A stretch of 64,000 nt of DNA from Trichoplax adhaerens (Eukaryota; Animalia; Placozoa), in contig NW_002060946.1 of assembly GCF_000150275.1 (NCBI RefSeq), forward strand, positions 4,979,454 to 5,043,453, in the 5' to 3' direction. This document shows positions 34,301-48,100 of the stretch, in pieces. The position numbers were made by a program, and so were the translations under genes. Position 1 is the first letter of the stretch; each line of letters opens with the position of its first letter. The notes under the pieces are model-generated. The model did no database searches. It had not been told where the DNA came from and worked only from the letters and a program-made list of their open reading frames with translations.

Positions 34301-35508
34301 GATCTTAGTCACATGGAAAATGATTGCAGTAAAATAATAATAATAATAATAATAATTATGCCTAATACTGATATGTAGCATAATTAGTTTCGCTATGTTG
34401 GAATTAGTTTGTACGAAAATGGTATCTTCAGATATTCTACACTATGCTGTACGATATGAATGACTGTAATACGGTATAATTAATCATTACTAATGTTTTA
34501 ATGATGGTATTACCGGGCCAACGCAGTTAAGGACAATTTTGGTCATACTGCACATTTCTCGGATTGAATTTTCATCCTTGGAATCAGCCTTGATAATTTC
34601 AATATCCTGAAGGTTGATACCTGCATAGCATAGAGAGTAGAAAGGAACCAAGCCGTTAAAACGCTTGCAATAATAATGGAGCGTAAGGTGGACAAGCATG
34701 TCGTAGTTGTAATACTGTCATTTGTAAGCATTTAATGAAGATATTTATTCAAAGTAGGGTAGAGCTTTGAGACAGGTATAATAATTTATTAACAGCCCAT
34801 GTATTAGTATAAAACGTATTCTTAAGCGACTATCAAACTGCATACGAAAAGTGCGATACTATGAGATGACATCTTGTGGAGCCATAGCAACTAATGGTCT
34901 ACATTGATCGATTTTTTTAATTATATCAGTTCTCCACTACCAAGTGATATCAGTACTGAACAGTACAGCTCCGGTTGGCAACAAACAAATATTCGATTCG
35001 AAATCTTCTTCAATATACATACAGTAGTTACAACATAAGGACCCCCTTCAAAGCTGGATGTAAATTGGCAAGAGGAGAGGGTTTCAAAGAGTTACCAAGC
35101 GTTAACCTACAGCAGAGAGGCTTGTTGATGTCAAAATGCCTGCATATTCTACAGTACTAGCCAGTATTGTGTTACCAATGTACAGCATACTGCAGACTGG
35201 CGAGTCTGATTCGCAATATTATCTCAATGCATATGACTGATTTCAATCGGCTATAACATGACTCTAAAGTACTGTATGTAGAAGATATAAAATCCTACAA
35301 TTCATCAAGACAGCATTTTATAACCTGTTATCTTGGCGATTTCATCAACGACTTGCTGTAATTTCGATCGATTTCTGCCGGCAACAGCCCATTTTATAGG
35401 TCGATTTTTGTTGGTATTTTGCACTAATGCCAATTCTTTCACAACGTATTGGCCCGTGAAACCAGAAGCGCCATAGATAATCATATCATATTTTCGATCT
35501 GAAGCCAT
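31319..35508 (-). CDS. SCCPDH: Saccharopine dehydrogenase-like oxidoreductase
   Basis: First exon MASDRKYDMIIYGASGFTGQY...WAVAGRN (Rossmann fold); later exons LNCVGP|YRFYGEAVV...DISGEP, DSIPADLG, PFMGSDRSV, GGPSQKQ, and last exon GGVFTPGAAF...DKKIR* (TAG 31321-31319). All junctions checked are GT-AG. Confidence 0.95.
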
Positions 35509-36641
35509 TTTCTTAAATTATGTGGGATCCTTGCGAGCTTTCAATTGCAAAACAGACAAATTTGCTGCAGTAGCCGAGAAGAATTGTTGCTAAAGGAGGT
35601 CAAAGCCCAAATGGGTTGATGACCCCCGCAGACTTTTTTAGACCGTTATAGACTATGATATCGAGTCTGATAGAAAATACTGTCGATTAAGCACTTAATT
35701 CAGTCATCCTACTATTCCTTAGAAAGCTGACCTGCTTACAGATAGGCGGGTGGACAGACCTAGAAAGGAGCTTTTTTCCCAGGCCTAACATAGATTGAGC
35801 CTAATTAATGCTCAACAAGCCCAGAAGAGGAGCTTGAAAATCGATATTAATTAGGATGATCGATTTAAATTATCTTCATAGCATAAAGTGACACAATTTA
35901 GATCTACTTTTGCTTTCAATATTGCGAATAATCGAAATTTATAGTGACTACACGTATTCTTGACATTGAAATTTATAAGTGGTATGCAAACTATAACATG
36001 CAGTTGGTCAGACTTTCTATACTGATTGCTGTGAAAAGTTGATCTCATAATTTCCTATGTAGCATTATATTGCATAGGTAAGTATTACAAAATAATAAAT
36101 TGCGCCATAATTGGATGACATAATATTAATAACAATTTTGCTACGTATCGTGGTCAAGGATGAAAGGAATATGAGCGCTTTTTAGGAACGTAATAATTTC
36201 TATACTAACATACTCAAAAAACAACTGTTGTCATTGACGCATATTTTGTGCAAATTTTATAGTGTAGAATAGTGTTTATCATGGTCACTTAGGGAAATTG
36301 CGACGATCTACGGATTTTATAATCCACTGAGAGCATTTTCTCGTACCACTATGATTTAACTGAAGGTGGAGGTCAAATAGAGTAATTAAGCAATAGATGA
36401 TAAGTATGCATTATATAGCATATCTTTCAAGCACCAAATCATACGTCGGCACACTGTTATGTACGGCATAACGTTATTGATTTAGTTAATTAAGCATCAA
36501 AGTCCTATTTAACTCATTGCTAGATAAATAAATACACGTCGTTTATATGCTATCTCGAAATCCACATTAGTCTGCATAATACCATGTTAGGCTACAATGT
36601 TGCATCTTAATATGGCAGTAGTACTATGTATTAATTATGTG

Positions 36642-36660
36642 TATATATATATATATATAT
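36642..36660. repeat. (TA)n microsatellite
   Basis: Uninterrupted tatata run. Confidence 0.8.
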
Positions 36661-38840
36661 GTATACGTATACGCATATGGATATACGTTGTCCACTTACA
36701 GAAGTTATACCATGATTACTGTACACAACGACTTATTAATTTCATATAGACGCATGTAGATTTTAATAAGGTATTTTACGACACACATTTCTATTTCTGG
36801 TCTAATCGTAGTAGAAATTCTGAATTAAACAGAATTTTGATACGAAACAAAACCGGCTAACAGTCAATTTAAACTAATCGTTCGTAGTGCGTATGGGTGT
36901 CTACTCATTATTTTATAAATATATTCTAACTGATTTTGTAGTGATAGATATCTGTATGCTAATACGTATATGATACAATGCTATAAATTTTACTACTGAG
37001 TGCGTAGCCAACAATATCACGTTATGTAGTTAATTTTTAAATGCAAGGCAATGACCAGATTCTTCATTTACATCTCTTTATTATGTTATCGAAAACGATT
37101 ATTTGTTTCTTGATACTGTAGTATGGAAAAAAAGGAATTAGGGTAACATTATGTGGTATATTAGTTTTCGTAATGAAAATTGAATCGATTTTCAAGATGA
37201 GGGCATGAAAGACATGATTTCTTATTAAGTTTCCTTCTTGCCAACTTTCAATTTCATCCGTCATTGTTTCTATCTTTTTAGGCAGCCTTTGAGAACGATG
37301 CTGGATTATTCTAATTGAACGATATAAGACTTTGAATGATGTAGTCGAACTGGGAATATCAAGATAGGTTGTACATTAATATAAGCATTTTTATTTTTTG
37401 AATCTCTCTGGTTCGATCTTGTACTACGAGCGCCAAATTTCATTACAGCTACCGTTTGAAAACGCAAGAAAGTTTGCCTGAGTGTTACTTATAGACAGTA
37501 GGCACATATTGATCTGCAGTAACAAGGAGATTAAGTATACAAAAATCGATGAGTAAAGTGACATGCAGATCATTCGCATACAAGTTGTTTTGTTCAAGTT
37601 TATACACCCATAACAGAAGTTCATTTCGTTGCACACGTAATCATGTATATTCCTGGCCTTGTAGGCGCAAAAGGCTGATTACTGTTTATTATTATTATAA
37701 TTGTCAATTAAATCCCTAATTATATCCAAATTTTTGGGTTAAAAAAATGATCCGACATTAGACCCCAATCACAGTACTCTAAATTGATGCTAATAAAGAA
37801 TTGTTATGGATTGATTATCATAAATTTCCATGAATGCTGTTGGTTCGATCAAGGATTGTTTTCCCAGTTTTAAATCTTTAATATATTGTGCATACTTTGA
37901 TAATCGTGACCTGTCCATTGGTCGCTTCGTTTATTTTTGGTAGGTTTGAATAAACATAATATAGGTAATTTAGGGATGGTCTATTTCATCATTAGAAAAT
38001 GAAGTTTTAATCTGATTCATCATCACCATTTAGATGTATCTATTAAATTATCAGTATTCAATTCATGACCTGAGTAATGTGATATCGTAGGCTAAGGGAT
38101 TAGAAAGAGAGCTGAAATGTGTCGATTATTTAGTCGGTAGAATTTAATTTTAATCTAAATGTATGAACTTGATAGAGTATCTATGATTCTACTACATCTC
38201 TCCAAGGTAAGCACGTACGACTTGCACAGCATCACTGAGTCATCTTATCATAACAAAAACTTGTTACCATCAACTTGCATTTATAGTGGTACCCGAATTC
38301 AAGATCAGCTATCATGTTGGTCATTATATGATTGAAAATGTTTATTGTAATGATGATGTTGTACTATTTGTTTCTATTCGGGATTTTTATAAGTAATTTT
38401 AAGGAGAAACCTTCAAGTCGTATTCTGATGAAAGGTATGTTTATTTGGATGACGCATTCCCCCTGTATTACGGCTTGTATCAAGATGGCTCAAATTGTAC
38501 ATTACCATGTGTTATAACTGCTAATTGATTTAGGAGTTGTGGATGTTGGTTTATCATTAACCGATGTGTAGAGTAGTTAGCGTTTTCAATCTACATCCAT
38601 TCTTTTTCTTACCCAATCTACTTTGTATTTTATAGTGACAGAATATTGTTATGGCATTGTCTACTGTCATATATTGAACATTGTACAATAAAGAGTAGAG
38701 TAACAAAACAGTAGTAGTCAGTGTATCAGGGCAGTGGAACACACCATTGGAGCGAAGAAAGCGCCATGGATTGATTGTTTACAGTGCTAGAAGTAAAAGA
38801 GATTGATTGCGATCATTCATGAATCCATTTCTTTTACTTT

Positions 38841-39357
38841 GATATCTTGATCTTTTTGGGGAGGGGGGCATGGGAGCTGATGGGAACAGGGTAATGGATA
38901 GGGTTATCCGGAGTAATATTGGGGCCCAATGGATTGATTTTGCGATATCTTGATCTTTTGGGGGGCATCGGAGCTGATGGGAACAGGGTAATGGATAGGG
39001 TTAATTTCCGGAGCAAAATTGGGGCCCAATCGATTGATTTTCCGATCCGGAGCAAACTTGGAGCCCAATCGATTGATTTTCCGATCCGGAGCGAATTTGG
39101 AGCCCAATCGATTGATTTTCCGTTCCGGAGCAAATTTGGGGCCCAATCGATTGATTTTCCGTTCTGGTGCAAATTTGGGGCCCAATCGATTGATTTTCCG
39201 ATCCGGAGCAAATTTGGAGCCCAATCGATTAATTTTCCGTTCTGGAGCAAATTTGGGGCCCAATCAATTGATTTTCCGATCCGGAGCAAATTTGGGACCC
39301 AATCGATTGATTTTCCGATCTGGAGCAAATTTGGGGCCCAATGGATTGATTTTCCGA
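38841..39357. repeat. GC-richer minisatellite: 9 copies of a 39-bp unit (39010-39357), preceded by a ~103-bp duplication containing one degenerate unit
   Basis: Unit ggagcaaatttggggcccaatcgattgattttccgatcc starts at 39010, 39049, 39088, 39127, 39166, 39205, 39244, 39283 and 39322. gatatcttgatctttt occurs at 38841 and 38944. Confidence 0.95.
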
Positions 39358-40062
39358 TATGATGGGTGGTATTAACATTGTTAACCAGATATTTTATGCG
39401 TTGGGTTGCGACTGGTACCGAGAATGGGCTTTCAATGGATGACGTTCAATCAGTCCATTATTATGGTTGTTGATTTTCTTGACACTCAGTACATCTGCGA
39501 AATGATCGACGGGTAATCATCCTATCCCTTCTATGATGATGATGATTCTTTCCGCTGTTTTCTTCTTTCCATTGACGATGCCATCATGAATCCATCTTGT
39601 AAATAATTAGACAATTTGTTGTCAACAATTGACGTCAGCGGCCGGTACCTCTCCATCCCATCGCCGTTGTCTTGGACTACAATATTGGGTGCGATCAAGT
39701 GGGACAGTGGATTGTACTGTACACTGTACTGTAAGATGGTTGGTACAGTACCAAGTCGAAGACGACCGTTGTGTACTGTACTGGAAGGCATGAGTAATCA
39801 CTGTTGTCGTGGCCAGTAGCAGACGATACCAGTCTAGAAAAGGTCTTGAAAACTAAATTGCTACCAGAGTTTGGTAAACAAAGTCGGCAGCAAATTGAAT
39901 CATTTTTCCTCCATTGGCTTCATTGGATACTGCCAAATTACAATCGCCCAAGCCTGCCTGCAAAAGGTAAATGATAATTCTACAGTGCATCTTGTTTCTT
40001 GAGGGATGCTTACTACCTGCTACATGAACCAGGAAAAGCATATTTAGAGGATCAAACGCCAC

Positions 40063-40321
40063 GAGTTGTTAAAGGGGAAAAGGCATTGACGATCAAGCAT
40101 TTGAAACTTGCTTATTCTTGTTGATATACGCGTAGTGTATCTGGATGACATGGAGTACAACAAGCTTGCCATGGAAGGAGTACAGTGAGCGATGAGTTGT
40201 TAAAGGGGAAAAGGCATTGACGATCGAGCGTTTGAAACTTGCTTATTCTTGTTGATATACGCGTAGTGTATCTGGATGACATGGAGTACAACAAGCTTGC
40301 CATGGAAGGAGTAGAGTGAGC
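40063..40321. repeat. Near-identical direct tandem duplication, 131-bp period
   Basis: gagttgttaaaggggaaaaggcattgacgatc...gccatggaaggagta(c/g)agtgagc at 40063 and 40194. Confidence 0.93.
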
Positions 40322-42160
40322 TACAAAGTATTTCTTCCTCTATCCAATTCATTGGCTAGACTTGGTGGATAGCCTTGTAAGAGTGCAGGATAACCCTCAC
40401 CATTGGACATCCATGACTTGAAGAAGAGTGAGAGAAAAACCCCACACATAAATACGACCAATGCAATCAACAATACAGTAGCAAAGGCATAATAACAACA
40501 AAAAGATGACTTGTCGCCGATAGTCATCGCCATACATTTGCCTCCTCAATATGGACTACATGATCTGCAAAATAGCATGGGTGCATTGAATGAATACTTG
40601 GTGCTCTAGTTCACTCCATTTAGCGCATAGTATGGATGCTACTTTACACATTCAATGCATGAATATTATTCTGACTACCCATGACATGCAAAGAAGAACA
40701 CGTTGATGATAGAGAGATTTATTGTACCACAAGTAAAACACAAATAGTTCATCTTTAATGATATATTTCTTGATGTGCACTGTACAGTACTGTACAGTAT
40801 AATATAGAAACTACGCCCCATGTCAAAAGGATCGCCGCGATTCGCTGCTACTTGTTCAAATTAGCGTTAATGAACTACAACTGTGATCGTTGCCAGTACT
40901 TCATTGAATTTCGCCCAATAGATTGGTTGTTCTCATTAGGTAGGCATCGCCTTACCTTTACCCCGACAACAACAATTACAACATGTTTTTCTATGCAAAA
41001 CTCCTCAAACTCTTTAATCTTGCCGTTGAAGGAAATATCACTTTCTACTGTTAGATTAATGCGATAGTGCAAAGGAGACGAGACGACTTGCCCAAAATTT
41101 CATACTGTTGACTACAACACTTTAGAAAGTGCAATAGCACATTTGGTGCGTTGACAAGAATTTCTTCGTCAGCTCTTTATCTACCGGATACTGCACCAGA
41201 CAGCAAAGAATCTTGTTTGTTTATCTTTAAAAAAAAAGAATGGACTGGACTGTTTGTAGAATGAACGTTGAACTCAGTATACGTAATAGAATAAAATGAT
41301 CGTTTACATCTTTTCAACTAAGCAGCCTAATACTGTATTCGCTATACAGTATTCATGAAATGGGTAGTAACTGTTCTGATCAATTAAATTGCCCTATATG
41401 CTGTTTTATTTCCTAGTTAGAATACTTGACTAACAACGAGTAATTTTACATTTTTGACAACCAGCAATATTGCATTTTTACATTTGCACGATGTATTAAA
41501 TTCGTGTTATTGGATCGCAAGTATAGTCTACTGTAAAGTTCAAAAATAAAAAATTGGGCCTTTTATCTCCAATACAGTATATAATATAGACTACGTATTG
41601 TACTACAGTATACTCTGTGGGAAACATTTCCAGAAGGAAAGCTATAAAACTCCTATATATTGCATTGTTAACGCAGTAATAATTAATAGTCACAATTACT
41701 TTGCCGTTAGCAGCAAACGATTAAGGTGTGATGCGATTGATTAACTTTAGGGTGAAAAGATGTAATACGTAATCAATAGCACCTTTATATACATAGCTTG
41801 TGAAAGATGATCTATTTCAACTAGCTAGCAATCAATAATAAAAATAGTTGCGTTGGAACCAATTCTACAGTGTTAGGTTAACAATTATTTCAACGGAAGA
41901 ATCTCTCCCTGAATTTTGTTAGTATTAATGACAGCATCACATTGAAATATCTAACTAACGATACTGAATTTTGAATAGTGAAGCACTCAAAGTGCACAGC
42001 TAAATCATCCTAATGTCGCATTCTATCAGGCTAGTGTAAATTCTTTCCCGCAGTAGAAGACACATTTCCACGATCATTAGCTAGGCCATGATATCATGTC
42101 ATGTCCAAACGTAAATTAAATTTTCACTAATCGAACTGTTGCTGTAATAATTTATAGGAA

Positions 42161-45100
42161 ATGGTGAACCGATTCATCCTTTCCGCGTTCTTCTTACTCA
42201 TATTGGGAGTTGCCTCAGTGTCGGCGATCGACAAATATGACAAGTAAGTTGACTTTCAGAAGATAGCTTGTGGTATATATGAATTCCATTGAATTTGTAA
42301 TAGTGGTGTTAGTTAAAAACTACCTAGAATTTTCTTAGCATTTTACGGTATTATTATCTATGCCAGAGCATATCAGCAATATAACACACACTTTTTAATA
42401 CACAATTCGATAGCAGTTAGAATAATAATTTATATTGTAACTCTTAATTTGATTCATGCAGTAACTGTTCATTGACTATACTTTTTGGACGTTATACTGT
42501 ACAGTATATCATGCTCTTTCCAACGCGGGGGCTATTTAGTTTAGAAAATGCTTCTTTTAGGAGTTACGATCTCTTACTAACCAGTTACCTACTTGTATAA
42601 TAGTGGCACCTATATTATCACTGCTCCAGCCATAATACGCCCTGGTCTTCCGACCATGATCAACGTAAACATTCTGAGAGCACCTCAAGCTGTAACAACT
42701 ACGGCCAAGATCGTATCAAAAAATGGCACGATTATGTCCCAAAATAGTGACACATTCTATAAAGGTATGATTCTACAATGTGGCGTACGCGTATGCTATA
42801 AATCTTGGAGTTTGTCATAAATATATACAATTACTTCAGCCAAATTCGATGATGATTTCAGTTGAATGTTGTTATATTTCAATAAAATACCATCGATTGG
42901 ACGAAAGAGTTTAATTTATTTATTACTTTGATAACCTACTGATGATTATATGACTGACTATAGACATTAGACATTTAACATTATTTTACCAATTTACTGT
43001 AAATAGATGCTACCGTAATTATTATTATATGAAAGTAAATGTACATTATACTCTAGCTATCATATAATTGAGATCAACCGTAGCTAAGTCATCGGTACTA
43101 TCCGACATTTACTTCGATAATAAAATTTCTTTTCATTTCAATAGGTACACCAAAATCAATGACATTGCAGGTAAAATATAAATCATTCTACTAACAAATG
43201 TAATACTAGTGAGAGGGGGTGAGATTTACAAGCATTTCTTCAAATAGCTAAATTAATTAATTTTCAAAATGAATAGGTACCGAAAAACCTGAAAGATGAC
43301 AATTATGTATTACTTGTCCAAAGCAGTGGGGGTTTAAGCTTTAGTCAAAACAAATCTATCAAAGTTAGTACTAAAACAAGCTCCCTATTTATTCAAACCG
43401 ACAAAGCCATTTACAAGCCTGGGCAAACAAGTAAGATTAAATTTGCTGCAAAAATCAGTAACTTTCCCCTAAAATTTAATGTTCGGCCAAAAATCTTTAG
43501 CTATTGCTAACATTTTCTCGATTACATCATAGTACGTTTTCGTCTTATTTCCACCGATATGTACTTGAAGCCTAAACCAACTAATATGACCATTGAAATA
43601 TTGGTAATAAGATTTTTTGTATTAAATGCAACTTAATCATTCGAGTGAATAGTGCATATGGGTAGTAATATATGTTTGATTTAAAATGTATTTCTATTAG
43701 GACCCTAATAAGTTCATTTTGACTAAATGGTCGAATTTACGAACAACGGATTTAGGTAAAACATGATAGGCCTAGATTCTAAACTCACCCTTTCTTAGTT
43801 AACGTAAGAACGCATTAATTCTGCTCTGCCTGTTAGGTATCTTGACAAAAGATTATCCTCTTGCGGATGAGCCACCTCTTGGCAAGTGGACTTTACGTAT
43901 CGTAACCAAGGTAATAGCAAATAATTGGTTATAACACTAAGTATAATTCCTATTTATCTCATAGATGCATGAATGGATTGTATACGTTCATTATAAATTT
44001 TTAGGTAGTTTTTTATTCTTAGCATATACAATACCACTTAAAGTTGGCAGACTAGTAGACCTCACGCGACTAATCATTTTTGAATTACATTGAAATTTAG
44101 GATGATAAAGCGGAAAAAAGCTTTGAGATTAAAGAATATGGTATGCAATAAATATTACATTATCATGAATTGTAATCAGGAGAAAATATTGCTATTACCA
44201 CTTCCGTAATGCAATAAGGCTTAAAAAATTGCTGATATTAATATGCTCCTTTTAGAATAGACAAAATATATGATTAGTAATACATATACTTTAAGAATTT
44301 TATTAACTTGTATTCTATTTTATTTTAAATTCTCTATAGTACTTCCAAGATTTAATACGAAGGTTACGTTGCCATCGTTTGGTTTGAATACCGATGACAA
44401 GCTTACGATATCCATCTCAGCAAAGTAAGCAGTTATTTATTAATTTCTATAGCGTTAGAAAAGTCGTATGAAATTCAACTAATTATTGTATCGCAGATAT
44501 ACCTATGGTATGCCGGTCAAAGGTGTAGCATATATTAAGTTGAACCCAAAATACTGGTATTCTAGAGGCTCAAAAATTCCTGAAATTAGAAAGGAAGAAA
44601 AGGTAATGACTTGCTATGCTGATAGAATTAATAATACGAATTTTCTATAATGAGAATTTATTAAAATTATGTTCAGATCGATGGGTATTTAAACATATCA
44701 GTTCCAACATCCGATATTAAATGGCATTTAAACAAAAATAAAGAACTAAATTACTTCAATTTACTGGTCAACGTCATCGTTATGGAAAAGTTAACGAGTA
44801 TCAAGGAAAATGGAACCTCCAGCATGACTTATTATTCACGGCCTTATCGTGTTAATGTCGTGTCATCAACGTCTGCCTTTAGACCAGGAATGCCTTATCA
44901 TGCTATGGTAAAACATCGTTAATTTTTTATCTTCAAGGTGACTGTGAGGTTCTAATAAATTTTGTTTTGTATACTTGTTTTCATTCATGTAGCTGGCAGT
45001 AGTTCAACCTGACGGTAAGGCCGTAGCTGCATCACTTTCCGATTATTTGACTGTACGGACAGAATACGGAAATGGTCATACTACTGTAAAGCAGCTACAG

Positions 45101-48100
45101 TCGAAATATGGTCTATACAAACTGAGTTGGAATATTCCTTCCAATGCAACCACGTTTTATTTTAATGTAATACTTGAAGTTGCTGTTAATGTATATCATG
45201 TTTTAATAAACATCATAAAAAATTACAATTATGATATTTCTTATAGGCATATTACGGCACTAAATCAAAGTATTCTTGGACTGCGTATCATTATCCATCG
45301 ATGTGGCGAAGCAATAACAAAGAATATATTCAATTGGTAAATACTTCCAGTTCATTAAAGATTGGAAGCACAGCTACATTTGATGTTCTTTCAAGCAAGG
45401 GTATAAGTGGTGTGCGTTTAACGTTTGAAGTAAGCTGCTTAAATAATATTCAATTCAAACAATATTATAATTTGTGCTAATAATTTTTATTCGCGACTTC
45501 AGTTAACTAGAATGTTTCACCTTCCTTCTTCGTCATTAACTTAAATCGAGTCTTCAAAAATTTTATTGTTGTGTTGGTAGGTAACTTCCAGAGGAGCGAT
45601 CGTGGCTAGCGGTAGCTTGGATACTACCGGCCAAAAAACTTCACTTTCTTTTACGGTAACCCAAAAAATGGCCCCAACAGCTAGGGTTCTAGCCTATTAT
45701 ATAGGCGATAATTACGAAGTGATAGGAGACAGTTATCAATTTCAAGTGGATGGTCTCTTTGAAAATAAGGTAATCATTTATTCATTGATTTTATAGTTTT
45801 GTTGAAATTATGCTGATTAACGATTTTAATTACAACTGACTATTGTTGATTATATCATAATACTGTATCCGAAATACAGGTTTCTCTTAACTTTGATAAA
45901 TCTACTGAAGCACCAGGCAAAAATATCAAGCTTAAAGTAAAAGCATCACCATATTCCCATGTTGGCGTACTTGCTGTTGATCAGAGTGTTTTACTTATGA
46001 AAACTGGAAATGATTTGAGCGTCGCAGATGTACGACATTTTACTGTCTGATGTATTATATTTATAAGTCATGTATAACGATTCACTGAAATTTTAGCTGG
46101 TAAAATTCTGATATTTTTCTGTGATACTATAACATTAGGTAAAAAAAGAAATTCAAAGTTATGGTGGTAACAACTATTATCCGGATTATCCGATAGCATT
46201 TAAGCGATCCGTAGAATTTAAACGGACAGTTATGCCGGGCGGCGGATACTATTCCTCTAACAGTATGAAAGGAGCATTCAAAGTCAGTATTTATTGTTTG
46301 CTTTATTCACTGATTTAGATTGCATTCATGTTTAAGATATTTTTTTTTCCAAACCAGCAAGCTGGATTGGTCATATTGACAGACGCATTAGTATCTGGCA
46401 GCTCATATCCTCCAATGTATATGTTGGAGGATGGTGCCATGGCACCAAACGGTACTAATATAGTTCCTTATTCGTGTCTTTTTTATTTGTATTCCGTGGA
46501 ATAAACTACTTGTAAATCTGCATAGTATGTTACACAGAAATGATTCACAATTTAATCCAAATGTTTACACCTTAATACCTTTCCTAGCTCAAGCAGGGAA
46601 TGCTAACTTGGCAAATAAAGAAGAAGGTGGTGAGGTTGCTCAACCTTTGTACGTGCGAACTTTTTTTCCAGAAACCTGGCTCTGGTCGGATAAGAATGCA
46701 AGGTAATAATATTAAAAAGTTTAAATTATTACAACTTTTTTTAAAGATTTTGGCATTAAATAATGATGTATGAATTTAGTTATCATATCTTTGGAATCTG
46801 AAATCTTATTTATACTAATTGCAGCTCGTCTGGTGAGGTAGTAATCAATAGCCTGATGCCTGATACAATAACTTCATGGGTTGCAAGTGCATTCGCTGTT
46901 TCTAGTGCAACCGGGTTTGGCTTATCACCAACCCATGCTAAGGTTTGTAAGTTAAAATTTTAAACGTTTAGGTGGTATGGTACACTAATTTATAAATGTA
47001 ATGATATATTAGGTTCGAGGTTTTCAGCCTTTCTTTGTGAATCTGAATCTGCCCTATTCTGTAATTCGTGGAGAGCATATGGCGCTGCAAGCAGTTGTAT
47101 TCAATTATCTGTCTACGGATTTAGTTGTACGTAACATATATATGATGTCACTGTAACTGATCACTTTAAAAGATATTAACCTATTTCTAATCATTTGCTA
47201 TATAAAGGTTACACTAGTTCTAGAGAGCTCCAGTAACTGGCAGAATATCGATCTAATAAACTCAAAAATTATAGGAAGTGGTTCACAACAATATCAGCTA
47301 TTGGTAAAGGCAGGACAGGCTGCGAGTACCTATTTTCCAATAATGCCCATGACAATAGGAAGTATTCCGATTCTTGTAAAGGCTTCGTCGAATGTAGCTT
47401 CGGATGCAGTTGTACGACAGCTTCGAGTTGAGGTAACAAGGACGTTCTAGTAAAAGTTTAAATTTGGTATTAAATACGTAGTAGCGATGGTGACAAACCT
47501 AAGATATTAACGCTTACGAGTATAACCCTTATAGCCGGAAGGAATTAAACAGCACTACACGGAGAATTATATGATACAACTTAGTAACGGTGGTATGTTG
47601 AATAATTATAATAATCAGCTGCTTCGTAAAATTTGGGTTGTATTGTAATCGAGTCTACATAATGCTTTCTTGATGCCGTAGGTAGAGCAAGGCATACTTT
47701 TAAAGTTTCTTTACCTCCGCATCTGGTTAGTGGTTCTACCAGCGCGAAAGTTAATGTAATAGGTATGATTAATCATGATAATCTATCCCACCGTAAACAT
47801 TGTTTACAGTATGGTGTAAATTTATTATCTTGAAAAGTGTTTCATGTTATAATTTTATCTTTATCACATTTTATTTCTTCATACCTAGGTGACTTAATGG
47901 GACCTAGCATTAGTAACCTGGATAGTTTACTTCAAATGCCATACGGGTGTGGTGAGCAAAATATGCTTGGTTTTGCTCCTGATATTTACATTAGTAAGTA
48001 TTTGACTGCCACCAACCAAGCTACCTCGAGGATCCTAGATAAAGCCAAACGTTACATGACCAAAGGTGTGTAGCTTCAATCTAGTTATACCGTATATAAA

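Noticed and set aside
37060-37930. Minus-strand coding-like fragments, one faintly resembling GPCR TM3 (CILNLLVTADQYV)
   Set aside because: Short, stop-bounded, in different frames, with no consistent homology. Cannot be supported as a gene or pseudogene.
39010-39357. CRISPR-like appearance of the 39-bp array
   Set aside because: Units are directly adjacent with no unique spacers, the context is eukaryotic, and there are no cas genes.
38834-39375. Four overlapping 118-164 aa ORFs with 13-aa repeats
   Set aside because: They are a by-product of a stop-poor 39-bp unit open on both strands. No splice context or recognisable domain.
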